A DNA stretch of 62,601 bases, filler included. It is 5 parts of 5 records of this genome, joined end to end, with 100 filler letters (N's around TTAATTAATTAA, not from the genome) between each part and the next. Parts side by side here need not be neighbours in the genome. Positions count along the whole stretch, not along the records: positions 41,567 to 62,601 come from DRR378314_1443; 4 more parts are not named here. One strand, given 5' to 3'. The notes beneath the pieces are model-generated. The model ran no database searches. It saw nothing but the letters and a program-made list of their open reading frames with translations, and was not told where the DNA came from. Below, in pieces: positions 51,459 through 60,914 of the stretch; within the stretch, counting starts at the first letter, position 1, and each line of letters starts with the position of its first letter. The translations under genes and the position numbers were made by a program.

Positions 51459-54400
51459 TCAATGGCGTGGAACCACTGGCGCGATCACTGTCACGTCATC
51501 AGTGGAAACCGCCGGGGCGGATGGATCCGCAGGCATGCGGCCCGAGCGCGCCTCCTGCAGGGCGACTGCCGCGCTGGACAAATGGCCCGAAACGGTCTTC
51601 AGCAATTGCAGCGCCACCGAAACATCGCTTTCGATCACGGTTCGATATTCTTCGGCGCCGATGCGCAGGAAAACACAATCTTCTGCGGCAAACAGATCCA
51701 GTTGCCGGAGTTCATCGGTGATCACTGCCAGGTCACCGATCAGCCGCCCGGGGCCGATCATGTCCAGATGGCTCCCATCCTCGGGAAAGCGCAGCGATGC
51801 CTGACCGGTGAGGCAGAGATAGACCGCATCCCCCCCTTCGCCCGCGCGGAACACTGCCGCCCCGGTCGGCACATTTACCCAGGATGCGGAAAAGGCCAGA
51901 AGTCGGCGATGCCGCGCGTCGAGCCGGGCAAACAGATCAATCTCGCTGATGACCGCAAGTTTGCGGTCGAAATCACCGCCGGTGCCGTCCCTGTCGGTCC
52001 AGACAGGCCTTGCGGCCCCCTCCTGCCCGTCGGCACGGCCGTCTTTCAGTTCCAAATAAAGATCGTAGCGCGATGGGTTTTCAAAATGATCCTCAAAATG
52101 GATCATGGTGGTCTTGGGCAGCAGCGTCTGCAGTCGGGTCCGGGTTTTCAGACGGCTGTCAGAGTCGTGGCTGGCCAGCACATGGTCCAGAATCAGGATG
52201 TCCGGGCGTTTGATCGCGGCGCGGGTAAAGGCGGCACGTTCACGGAACACAGGTTCCAGCAGAGCCCCGCCGAGGCCGGTTGGCAGGTCGTAGATCATCA
52301 ATGCCAGCCGCGCTTTCAGGTCATGGTCGGCCATTACATCCGCCACGGCATCCTCGACCGCCTGCGCCTTGGCCCCGGCGTGCGCCGAGATGCGGCCGAA
52401 CAATGCGTTTTCCAGCACCGTTAGCTTACGGGCATATTCATCTGCCTGAAGCCGTCGATAGACGCCGCTGCATTCCGTCAGCAGCAAATCGCCGCGATGC
52501 TCACGGATGCGCAGGATGCGGGTCTTGTACGCGCGCGGCAGGCCGGGGCCTATCTGCTCTTCGGTGAGCAGGAATGGCAGGGTACACAACAGCGCGCGAT
52601 CCTCGCGGTTGAGCTCCTGTGCTGCCAGATGGCGCTCCGCGGCCTTGGTAATGCGGGCATAAAGATCCTCGTCAAGGCCGAGGCGACGGAACAGCGGATG
52701 TGAGGTGTCGCCGCGACCGAAAGTGCGCTGCAAGGTGTCGAGAAGCGCCAGACTGATGTCGCGGGTCTGCGCCTCCAGCCCCTCGGCGCGCAACACGCGC
52801 TGAAAGGGGCCATCCGGGTTTGTGAACAGTTTGGCCGGGACCGGCTGCACCGGAAAGGCAAACATCATGTTCTCCGCCAGCGACAGCGCCGGATTGTAGT
52901 GATCAGGCAGGAAGCGATAGACCACATCGCGCAGGCCTTTTTCCTGCAGGCGCGCCTCGATCCGGGGGCGCAGCTCGGTGATTTGCGCTTCGAGCGCGCG
53001 GTGGCGGTCCTGCAGCCGGGCGTGCAGGGTGCGATGGAAGAGCTGCCCGTCAATGCCCATCGCCTCGACCAGCTGGAACCACCAGTCGCGCAGGCCATCC
53101 TCGGAACCCAACCCGGCCAGATCCGGGTTCACCCAATCGGCGTTCAGAGGGTCCGGGCTGTTGCCCGCGCGCAGGGATTCCGCCCGCTGCAGCAATTGCA
53201 GTTCGGGGCCGGTTGCGCGTGGACGGCTGCGCAGCGGCATCAACACGTTGTCGCCAAGCGAGCCGTCAAACAGGTAGGGCGCGTTGAACGCATAGCCGAT
53301 GCGGCTTGCGATCACCCCCTGGTGCAGCTCTGCCAGCGGACGGCCTGCCACGATAACCTCGCCACGGCTTGGCAGCACCTCACGGGTCAACACCTGCGCC
53401 AGCGCCTGACGTTCGGCGGTCGAGCTGCTTTGGATTGCGACCTGCGCGCCCGCCGGAATGGTCAGGCTGAGGCCGTCGAGGATCGGCTTGCCCTCGGCGT
53501 CCTTTACGGTGACGTCGCGCAGCTCGATCTCTCCGCGCAGGTGCGGCACGTCCCGGGGCTCACCTTCAAACAGCTTTTCATCAATCATGCCGGGAGGGGC
53601 GAATTTCTCCGCCATGATCTGCCAGCGCAGCGACATGTCCTGCACCTGATTGTAATAGGTCAGCAGCTCCTTCCAGGGGGCCGACAAGTCCTTGTAAGCC
53701 GCCAGTGCCGCCACCAGTGCGCCCACGGTAATCTCGCCGCGGATCGCCAGAACGCCGCCAACCGAATAGAAAAAGAACGGCGTCAGATGGCCGATCAGGT
53801 TGTTGAGGAACTTCATGAAGAACTTCTTCATGTAGATGCGGCGGCGGATCTCGAACAGGCGGCCCAGACGGTTGGAGACCTGCGCCAGCCGGTAGCGCCA
53901 GCCGCCGTTGCTGCGCAGATCGCTGAGCCCTGCCGCCGTCTCGCCGATCTCGGCCGATAGCGCGCGCACCTCGGCGATACGGTCCTTGTTGAGAAGGTTG
54001 ATCTGGCGCTGCAGCATCGGAATCAGCCAGGCCTGCAGCGGGATCAGCGCCACCGAAGCCAGGCCGAACCAGATGCTCTGCACAAACAGGAACGACACGA
54101 TGGTCAGCATCTGCCCGGCCTGGAACACCGGCTGCGCCACCGCATCCCCCATCAATCCGCCCATCGGCTCGGACTCGGAGGTGATCATCGACACCATCTC
54201 GCCCTGGCTGGTGGTGTGGAAATGCCCCGATGGAAACCGCATCATGCGGGCAATCATCTGATAGCGCAGCCGCCGCAGCAGGCGTTCGGAGAGGATCCCC
54301 TTCAGCGTGTTGAGCCGCATCTTCATCATGCCGCTGGCCAGCACCGCCCCAAGAAAGGCAAAGCAGAGCACCAGAAGGTAGTCCTCGGACGTCAGCCGCC

Positions 54401-54572
54401 AGCCCCAGAGATCCACCCATTCACTGGGCGAACCGATGGCGTCGTTGACAATACGTTTGGGCAGTTCCAGCGTGATATACAGGAACGGAAACGTGAGCAG
54501 GGTCAGAAGCAGAAGACCAAGCTGCTGGCGTTTCGAATGGCGCCAGATGAAGGAAAACAGGCTCGGCTCCAC
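51459..54572 (-). CDS. ABC-transporter TM domain fused to a degenerate NBD and a cyclic-nucleotide-binding domain
   Basis: GTG start after GAAAGGA. N-terminal 6-TM ABC domain and a C-terminal cNMP domain (VFRAGEGGDAVYL...GRLIGDLAVI). Walker A and signature motifs are degenerate. Confidence 0.85.
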   Translation of the reverse strand: MEPSLFSFIWRHSKRQQLGLLLLTLLTFPFLYITLELPKRIVNDAIGSPSEWVDLWGWRLTSEDYLLVLCFAFLGAVLASGMMKMRLNTLKGILSERLLRRLRYQMIARMMRFPSGHFHTTSQGEMVSMITSESEPMGGLMGDAVAQPVFQAGQMLTIVSFLFVQSIWFGLASVALIPLQAWLIPMLQRQINLLNKDRIAEVRALSAEIGETAAGLSDLRSNGGWRYRLAQVSNRLGRLFEIRRRIYMKKFFMKFLNNLIGHLTPFFFYSVGGVLAIRGEITVGALVAALAAYKDLSAPWKELLTYYNQVQDMSLRWQIMAEKFAPPGMIDEKLFEGEPRDVPHLRGEIELRDVTVKDAEGKPILDGLSLTIPAGAQVAIQSSSTAERQALAQVLTREVLPSRGEVIVAGRPLAELHQGVIASRIGYAFNAPYLFDGSLGDNVLMPLRSRPRATGPELQLLQRAESLRAGNSPDPLNADWVNPDLAGLGSEDGLRDWWFQLVEAMGIDGQLFHRTLHARLQDRHRALEAQITELRPRIEARLQEKGLRDVVYRFLPDHYNPALSLAENMMFAFPVQPVPAKLFTNPDGPFQRVLRAEGLEAQTRDISLALLDTLQRTFGRGDTSHPLFRRLGLDEDLYARITKAAERHLAAQELNREDRALLCTLPFLLTEEQIGPGLPRAYKTRILRIREHRGDLLLTECSGVYRRLQADEYARKLTVLENALFGRISAHAGAKAQAVEDAVADVMADHDLKARLALMIYDLPTGLGGALLEPVFRERAAFTRAAIKRPDILILDHVLASHDSDSRLKTRTRLQTLLPKTTMIHFEDHFENPSRYDLYLELKDGRADGQEGAARPVWTDRDGTGGDFDRKLAVISEIDLFARLDARHRRLLAFSASWVNVPTGAAVFRAGEGGDAVYLCLTGQASLRFPEDGSHLDMIGPGRLIGDLAVITDELRQLDLFAAEDCVFLRIGAEEYRTVIESDVSVALQLLKTVSGHLSSAAVALQEARSGRMPADPSAPAVSTDDVTVIAPVVPRH

Positions 54573-54829
54573 GCCGTGTCCTTTCTGTCCGTCGGACCGC
54601 CGTGAAGCCCATGGCGGGTTGAAAACAAGAGCGATACCGTCTGTCACAGACAAACGCGCCCAAAAATCTGTCAAAGAGCGCCTGATACGTCGCCGCATCC
54701 CGCGAAGGGGCGTCAGGTAAGCGTGATGTCGCCGCAATTCAAGACACGCGCCTTCACTCTCCGTTAGCACTTGTTCCGTTTCAAGGCTCCGTTTAAACAA
54801 TCCGGGTATGAAAATAAGGGCGTGACCCG

Positions 54830-55720
54830 GTGCCGGGACCACGCGCGAGCTGGGCGCGAGGGCAGACATTGACCGGAACACGGGCACGGAACAGAGCCAT
54901 TCATCCCGCCCTCGGGCTGCGCAGCGCAGGCGCCTTCGCGGGTCTGTTGCACTGTGCCAACGGTTGGCTTGATCTGCGCCGTTTCCTGCTCGTCCTCGCT
55001 CTGCCGCTCGTTCTGGCGGGATGCATGGAAGGCAATCGGCTGGCGTTTGCCCCCCCGGGTGAGGATATCTCGCGTCCTGGCAACGGGCGCGGCCGTGCGC
55101 TGACAGCGGTCTTTGGTGACGGGCAACTGATCCTCGCCGCTCCTTCCGGATTCTGCTTTGACGCCCAGATGGAACAGCACACCGGCAGCGGAGGTTTTGC
55201 GCTGCTCGCCCGCTGCGAGCGGCTTGGCACTTTTGGACGTTTCAGGGCCGGTGATGGTGCAATGCTGACCGCCACAGTGGGCGCGGTGGCAGCAAACACA
55301 CCACCTCCCTCTGCCGATGCGCTGCGGTCGGCATTTGCCACGTCCCGCTCTGCCGCCCGGGTTCTGGAAACCCGCAGCGACGGTGGCGTTCCACTGGTAA
55401 AACTGCATCTGAACGGACATTCCGCAGAGGGTGCCAGTGGCACCCATTGGCGCGGTGCGTTTTTGGTGCATGGGCATCTGGTTTCGGTTGCGCTCTATGC
55501 GCCGGACGGCAGCGGCTATCTGGGTGAATCCGGGGCCCGGCTGATCCGAGAGTTCGTTCGGGCCACCCGCAATGCCACGCATTTGGCGGAGACCTCGGCT
55601 CCGGCCGCCTCAATCGACACCGCAGAGCTGGCCGCGGCAGGTCCACATGCCCGCAACGCGACCGCGCCAGTAACGGCGCAGGCCACGCGCCCTCGCACTC
55701 CTGGAAATCCGGACGCGTGA
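54830..55720 (+). CDS. Putative lipoprotein of unknown function (true start probably further downstream)
   Basis: RRFLLVLALPLVLAGC lipobox and an APSGFCFD...LLARC Cys pair. Confidence 0.6.
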   Translation: MPGPRASWARGQTLTGTRARNRAIHPALGLRSAGAFAGLLHCANGWLDLRRFLLVLALPLVLAGCMEGNRLAFAPPGEDISRPGNGRGRALTAVFGDGQLILAAPSGFCFDAQMEQHTGSGGFALLARCERLGTFGRFRAGDGAMLTATVGAVAANTPPPSADALRSAFATSRSAARVLETRSDGGVPLVKLHLNGHSAEGASGTHWRGAFLVHGHLVSVALYAPDGSGYLGESGARLIREFVRATRNATHLAETSAPAASIDTAELAAAGPHARNATAPVTAQATRPRTPGNPDA

Positions 55721-55842
55721 TATCGCAGGGCCATCGGAATGAGAAACCCTTTGTCCCCTCGTGCTAATCCGTTAATATGTAGACGAAATCCGGAGTAGAA
55801 CGCTCTGGTAAAGCGCGCGAGAACGCGATCTGCGGGGGCTGA

Positions 55843-56604
55843 ATGGGCAGATTTCTTGAACACCTGTTGAATGCCGGCGCGCTACGCCGCTGGCAGGCAG
55901 CCGTGCGCAAAGCACCGGATGCGGGTCTCGCCCGTCTACGCCAGCAGCGCAACGAGGCCCGCAAACTGCGCGCCCGCCTCGACCAGCTGATCCATATCGC
56001 CGATGGCCAGCTTGCGTTGCCGCGGATCGGATCGTCCTATTTCGCCCGTCCGCACGGCACCGACTGGTCCTGGCGCCCGGAGCTTTGGCGCGGCCCGTTG
56101 CCGCTTGCGGGCGTGTCCTCGGCGCCCAGCAAGACGCCGCTCGGCCACGAGGTAAAGCTGTTCCATGATTGCACCATTTCGGAGCTGACCCTGCGCCAGC
56201 TGCGCAACACCCGCGAAGAAGACCTGGCCCCGTTCGGCCTGCGGATGGATGTGTTCAAATTCGACGGCTCGTTTCTGTCACTGGTCATCGATCTGCCCGC
56301 AGAAGCGACCATCGGCCTGACCCGACAGCATCTGCTTCGCCTGGACTGCATCGTCGAAAGCGAACAGCCTGTCGAGATTTTTGCCCGCCTGAACATCAAG
56401 CACGGCCCCAATACCGAACAGCTGGTGAGAGAGCTGCCGCATGGAAAGATAGCCGCCTCGGTTGAATATGATCTGGCCTATTCGCGGTTGAACGAAAAAC
56501 GGATCGAGAAAGCCTGGGTGGATCTGATCTTTGAAGCGCCCGACATGAACCAGGTGGTGCTGCGCGACGTGACTTTTGCCCGGTTCCGCCGGGCCAACCT
56601 CTGA
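55843..56604 (+). CDS. Conserved hypothetical protein
   Basis: 253-aa ORF with typical codon usage. Segments DWSWRPELW, LFHDC and FARLNIKHGPNTE look conserved; function unknown. Confidence 0.8.
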   Translation: MGRFLEHLLNAGALRRWQAAVRKAPDAGLARLRQQRNEARKLRARLDQLIHIADGQLALPRIGSSYFARPHGTDWSWRPELWRGPLPLAGVSSAPSKTPLGHEVKLFHDCTISELTLRQLRNTREEDLAPFGLRMDVFKFDGSFLSLVIDLPAEATIGLTRQHLLRLDCIVESEQPVEIFARLNIKHGPNTEQLVRELPHGKIAASVEYDLAYSRLNEKRIEKAWVDLIFEAPDMNQVVLRDVTFARFRRANL

Positions 56605-56626
56605 CCCCAGTGCCAGGAGACCCCTC

Positions 56627-57004
56627 ATGAGCGCCCTGACTCTTCGCAAAATCCGCTTCCGTTCCGGCCTCTGGGAAGGACAGATCGACAATGCGCCTAC
56701 CTCCGGCGCCCGACCGCAGATTTCGGTTCGGTTTCTGGACCGAGAAGTCGAAGACGTGACGCTGACCGAAGGAGACGCCCCCGGCAGCTGGCGCCTGTCC
56801 GTCCCGATCCCAAGCGAAGCTGTGGGCGATGGGGTTCAAAGCTTCCTGATCTATGACGCGGAAGCGGATGTGAAGCTTGGTGATTTTGCCCTGGTCGCGG
56901 GCGAGCCACTGGTCGACGATCTGCGCGCCGAGGTGGAGCTGCTGCGGTCCGAACTGGACATGTTGAAGCGCGCCTTTCGGCGACACTGCCGGGACACCAT
57001 CTGA
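56627..57004 (+). CDS. Hypothetical protein with a C-terminal coiled coil
   Basis: AGGAG RBS; ends DLRAEVELLRSELDMLKRAFRRHC. Confidence 0.78.
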   Translation: MSALTLRKIRFRSGLWEGQIDNAPTSGARPQISVRFLDREVEDVTLTEGDAPGSWRLSVPIPSEAVGDGVQSFLIYDAEADVKLGDFALVAGEPLVDDLRAEVELLRSELDMLKRAFRRHCRDTI

Positions 57005-57092
57005 TACGCCCTCCGGTATGGGAGTGACACGGCACCACTGGTGAACTCTGTGGCGCAAGAGGTATTGCGCCCGCTTGCGCGTCCGCCGTGGG

Positions 57093-57145
57093 GCGCGCGC
57101 CGGGCCTATGGCCCGGCGCGCGCGAGTCCGACCGATCCGGTCGGA
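57093..57145. repeat. Tandem GC-rich hairpins between convergent genes
   Basis: GCGCGCGCCGGGCC-tat-GGCCCGGCGCGCGC and TCCGACCG-atc-CGGTCGGA. Confidence 0.6.
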
Positions 57146-57177
57146 AACTCCTCACCAGAAGCCCTATCAGGTCTTCC

Positions 57178-58242
57178 TTACGCCGAGGAGGCACTCAAAT
57201 CCCGCTCGATCTCGATCAGGCGTTGTTTACGCCACAGACCTCCGCCATAGCCGGTGAGCGTGCCATCTGCCCCCAGCACCCTGTGGCAGGGAATCATCAC
57301 AGCGATCTGGTTTGCACCGTTGGCCCGGGCCACGGCGCGGCTGGAACCGGGGCGCCCCAGATCTTTGGCCAACTGACCGTAGCTGCGAGTTTCTCCAGCC
57401 GGAATGTCACGCAGGGCACGCCAGACCTCAGCCTCAAACGCGGTGCCATGATAGGCCAACGGGGTGTCAAACCGTGCCGCCCGGCCCGCGTAATACTCTG
57501 TCAGCTCTGCCGCCGCCTGATCGATCACCTCAGGGCGACCAAAGCCCAGACCTCCGGGCTGGCGTTTCTGCAGTTTGGCCACTTCTCGCGGCAGCGCCTT
57601 GCGATCAGCGAACTCCAGAAGGTGTAGCTTGTGCCGACAGGCGACGGCCACCATCGCACCGAGGGGCGTGTCGATCCAATCCGCCAACAATTGCGCATCC
57701 TTGCGAAAAGCGCCGGGGGCCACCCCCACAAGCCGGGCAAAGGCGGCACGAAAGGCGCTGGGACTGTCAAAGCCCGCATCCATCTGCGCCGCGATCACCG
57801 GCTCACCGGCGCTGAGCGCGGTGAAGCCCTCGCGCAACCGGCGCTGACGGGCCATTTCCAGAAATGTCATGCCGAACTGTCGCTTGAAGGCGCGGCGCGC
57901 GGTGGACGCATCCACCCCCAGCGCCGTGAGATCCTCCTCACGCCAGCGGTAGCTGGGTCGGGCCTCCAATGCATCCAGCAGGCGGCGCACCATCGGGTCA
58001 TTCCCTGCAGCAGCGCTAAGAGGATGACAGCGTTTACAGGCCCGGAACCCAGCCTCGATACAGGCACCTGGCGTGGCAAAGAACTGACAATTCTCAAACT
58101 TGGGTTTTCGCGCCGGACAGGTCAGGCGACAAAAGATCCCGGTAGAAGAAACGCCCACATAGGCACGCCCGTCATAGGCCGCATCGCGGGCCAGCAGCGC
58201 AGCATAGAGGGTTTCGGAATCAGGCAGATCAAACATCATCAT
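57178..58242 (-). CDS. ada: Ada bifunctional regulator / O6-methylguanine-DNA methyltransferase
   Basis: TGIFCRLTC.ARKP and GFRACKRC Zn site, AraC HTH, and IPCHRV active site. Confidence 0.95.
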   Translation of the reverse strand: MMMFDLPDSETLYAALLARDAAYDGRAYVGVSSTGIFCRLTCPARKPKFENCQFFATPGACIEAGFRACKRCHPLSAAAGNDPMVRRLLDALEARPSYRWREEDLTALGVDASTARRAFKRQFGMTFLEMARQRRLREGFTALSAGEPVIAAQMDAGFDSPSAFRAAFARLVGVAPGAFRKDAQLLADWIDTPLGAMVAVACRHKLHLLEFADRKALPREVAKLQKRQPGGLGFGRPEVIDQAAAELTEYYAGRAARFDTPLAYHGTAFEAEVWRALRDIPAGETRSYGQLAKDLGRPGSSRAVARANGANQIAVMIPCHRVLGADGTLTGYGGGLWRKQRLIEIERDLSASSA

Positions 58243-58420
58243 GCCGAAACCTTAGCGCGCACGCGCGGTCCACGCCGCCGAAATTCGGGCGTCTATATGG
58301 AAAACACCCCGAAATCGCCTGTGCTCTGTGGAACAACGATCAAAACAGTGTTGCGAGCAATGAAAAAGGCCGCCCGGTGAGGGCGACCTTTGATGAATGT
58401 CCTGCGAACGGAAGAGGTTA

Positions 58421-59755
58421 CTATTTCGGGCCCAGTGCCGACAGCCCCTTGAGGATGTCGATGGCATAGGCCATCTGATAGTCTTCCTCGCGCAGCTCGG
58501 CTGCTTTCTCCGCTTTCTCGCGATCCGCCTCGATCTGACGCACCTCGTCTTCGGAAAGGCTGTCGTTGTTCAGGCGTCCGCGCAAGTCGGCCTCGGACCG
58601 GGGGCCAAAGGCGCTGCTGGCGGGCTCTTCCTCTTCTGCCTCGGGGCGATTGCGCGGTTGCGCAACAACGATGTCGGGGCTGACGCCCAGCGCCTGAATG
58701 GACCGACCGGACGGCGTGTAATAGCGCGCCGTGGTCAAACGCATGGCGCCATCGCCGCGCAAAGGCATCACGGTCTGGACCGAGCCTTTGCCGAAGGATT
58801 TGGTGCCCACCACGATGGCGCGGCGGTGATCCTGCAGCGCACCGGCGACGATTTCGGAGGCCGAGGCAGAGCCGCCGTTGATCAGCACCACGATCGGCTT
58901 GCCGTCGATGAGGTCGCCCGGTGTCGCGTTGAACCGCTCACCATCCGCCGCCTGACGGCCACGGGTGGAGACGATCTCGCCGCTTTCGAGGAAGCTGTCG
59001 GCCACGCTGATCGCCTGGGTCAGCAACCCGCCGGGGTTGTTGCGCAGGTCGAGCACGATGCCGTTGACGTTGTCCATCCCGCCCAGTTCCTCGATTTGCT
59101 CTTCGAGATTGGCCTCCAGGTTGGGGGTGGTCTGCTCGTTGAAGGTAGTAACCCGCACGACAACCGACGAACCTTCCGTACGTCCACGCACAGCGGTGAG
59201 CTTGATGGTGTCGCGGATGATGGAGACATCGAACGGCTCGTCCTCGCCCTCGCGCACCACGGTGATGATGATCTCGGACCCCACCGGGCCGCGCATCAGC
59301 TCCACCGCTTCGTCGAGGCCGAGGCCCAGCAGGCTCTCGCCATCCACATGGGTGATGAAATCACCGGCCTCGATTCCAGCCTCATAGGCGGGCGTGCCGT
59401 CCATTGGCGAGACGACCTTCACAAAGCCGTCGGCTTGAGTGACCTCGATGCCGAGACCACCAAATTCGCCCCGGGTCTGCACCCGCATCTTGTCAGCGTC
59501 ATCGGGCGAGAGATAGCTGGAATGCGGATCAAGCGATTGCAACATGCCACCAATGGCCGCCTCGATCAGCTCTGTCTCGTCTACTTCCTCGACATATTGC
59601 GCGCGGATGCGTTCGAAGATGTCGCCAAACAGGTCCAGCTGTTCATAGACGGATGCCTCGTTGCTTTCCTGCGCCAGCAGCGGTGCTGCCACATAGGTCG
59701 TTGCCACAATGCCCGCGAGCGTCCCGCCCAGAGCCGCCATCGCAAATTTCTTCAT
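58421..59755 (-). CDS. ctpA: Carboxy-terminal processing protease (S41, PDZ)
   Basis: LDPHSSY, GEFGGLGIEV, LDLRNNPGGLL, SASASEIVAGALQD and FGKGSVQ motifs. Confidence 0.94.
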   Translation of the reverse strand: MKKFAMAALGGTLAGIVATTYVAAPLLAQESNEASVYEQLDLFGDIFERIRAQYVEEVDETELIEAAIGGMLQSLDPHSSYLSPDDADKMRVQTRGEFGGLGIEVTQADGFVKVVSPMDGTPAYEAGIEAGDFITHVDGESLLGLGLDEAVELMRGPVGSEIIITVVREGEDEPFDVSIIRDTIKLTAVRGRTEGSSVVVRVTTFNEQTTPNLEANLEEQIEELGGMDNVNGIVLDLRNNPGGLLTQAISVADSFLESGEIVSTRGRQAADGERFNATPGDLIDGKPIVVLINGGSASASEIVAGALQDHRRAIVVGTKSFGKGSVQTVMPLRGDGAMRLTTARYYTPSGRSIQALGVSPDIVVAQPRNRPEAEEEEPASSAFGPRSEADLRGRLNNDSLSEDEVRQIEADREKAEKAAELREEDYQMAYAIDILKGLSALGPK

Positions 59756-59762
59756 CTCTTGC

Positions 59763-60914
59763 CTATCCACCTTGCCCGGTCCGGAACCATGTCTCAGGGT
59801 CCACGGGACTGTTTTCCATTCTAACCTCTATATAGAGCGTTTCTGTCCGGCCAGTTCCACCCCCTTCACCGCTAAGTGACAAAATCGCGCTTGTCGCGGC
59901 CGCGTCACCGCCCATCAAACCGACCGGCGTGCCTTCGGGGATCACCTGACCGGCGGCGCCGAAGACCTCTGCAAGGCCGGACAGGATGAACAGCGTGTCC
60001 GGCTGCGGCTCCAGAATCACCACATTGCCGAGATCAAGCAACGGACCGAGGTAGCGGATCGTTGCGGCCGTCGGGCTGACGACCAGCGACCGGGGGCGGC
60101 TGGCCACCAGAATGCCGGCCCGCGCCACGCCAGCGGCGTCCTTGTCGCCATACCCACTCAGCAACAACCCCTCGACCGGCAGCGCAAGATCGCCGCGGCG
60201 GTCGGAAATATCAGACCCCGACGTTTGGACCCCATTGGCCTCGGCAATCAGTGCAAGCCCATCGGCAAAGCCGGTCAGCGTCTCGGTCGAGGAAATCAGG
60301 ATTGCGGTCTGCACCGGATCCTCGGTGAACCGTTGCGGCAAGTCCTGACGGTCAGCGATCGCGGTCGAGAGCGCAGCCCGGGCCGCCTGGACGCCCTGCA
60401 GCCCGTCTTCGAGCTTCTGTGCCGCGTTCTGCTGCAACAGGCGCAGGTCACGCACCTCTTGCAAATCATTGCGCAACGCATCGGCACGCGCCTGCAGCCC
60501 CGGTGTAACCTCTGCCAGCATCATCGCCGAACGCGCCGCGCCGAGCGGCCCGGAGGGATGCAGCATCAGAACCGGCGGCGTCGAGGTCTCGATGGTGGTG
60601 ATGACGCCCAGCAGCTCGGCCACCTCCTCATCACGGGCCCGCAGCTGCGTGGTCAGCTGTGTTTCACGCCGGGCCACCCGGCGCAGGCCTTCGCGCATGG
60701 CTTGCAACCCGTCCTCATAGGCCCGCACGGTTTCGGTCAGTGCCTTGACCCGGTCATTTGCGGTTTGTGCGGCATCCATGCGTTCGCCCGCCGCTTCCAA
60801 CGCTGCCGCAGCCGTGCTGGCAGCCTCGCCGGGGCTTTGGGTCGCCGCAGAGGCAGACACGCCTGCCAGCAGACACAGGCCCAGCGCAAAGGTCGTCGCG
60901 AGATTTCGCATCAT
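59763..60914 (-). CDS. envC: Murein hydrolase activator EnvC family (coiled coil plus degenerate M23)
   Basis: Signal peptide, long coiled coil, LPVEG...GNVVILE...LYIEVR....VDP.TW with no Zn-binding His. gpmI-envC-ctpA synteny. Confidence 0.85.
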   Translation of the reverse strand: MMRNLATTFALGLCLLAGVSASAATQSPGEAASTAAAALEAAGERMDAAQTANDRVKALTETVRAYEDGLQAMREGLRRVARRETQLTTQLRARDEEVAELLGVITTIETSTPPVLMLHPSGPLGAARSAMMLAEVTPGLQARADALRNDLQEVRDLRLLQQNAAQKLEDGLQGVQAARAALSTAIADRQDLPQRFTEDPVQTAILISSTETLTGFADGLALIAEANGVQTSGSDISDRRGDLALPVEGLLLSGYGDKDAAGVARAGILVASRPRSLVVSPTAATIRYLGPLLDLGNVVILEPQPDTLFILSGLAEVFGAAGQVIPEGTPVGLMGGDAAATSAILSLSGEGGGTGRTETLYIEVRMENSPVDPETWFRTGQGG

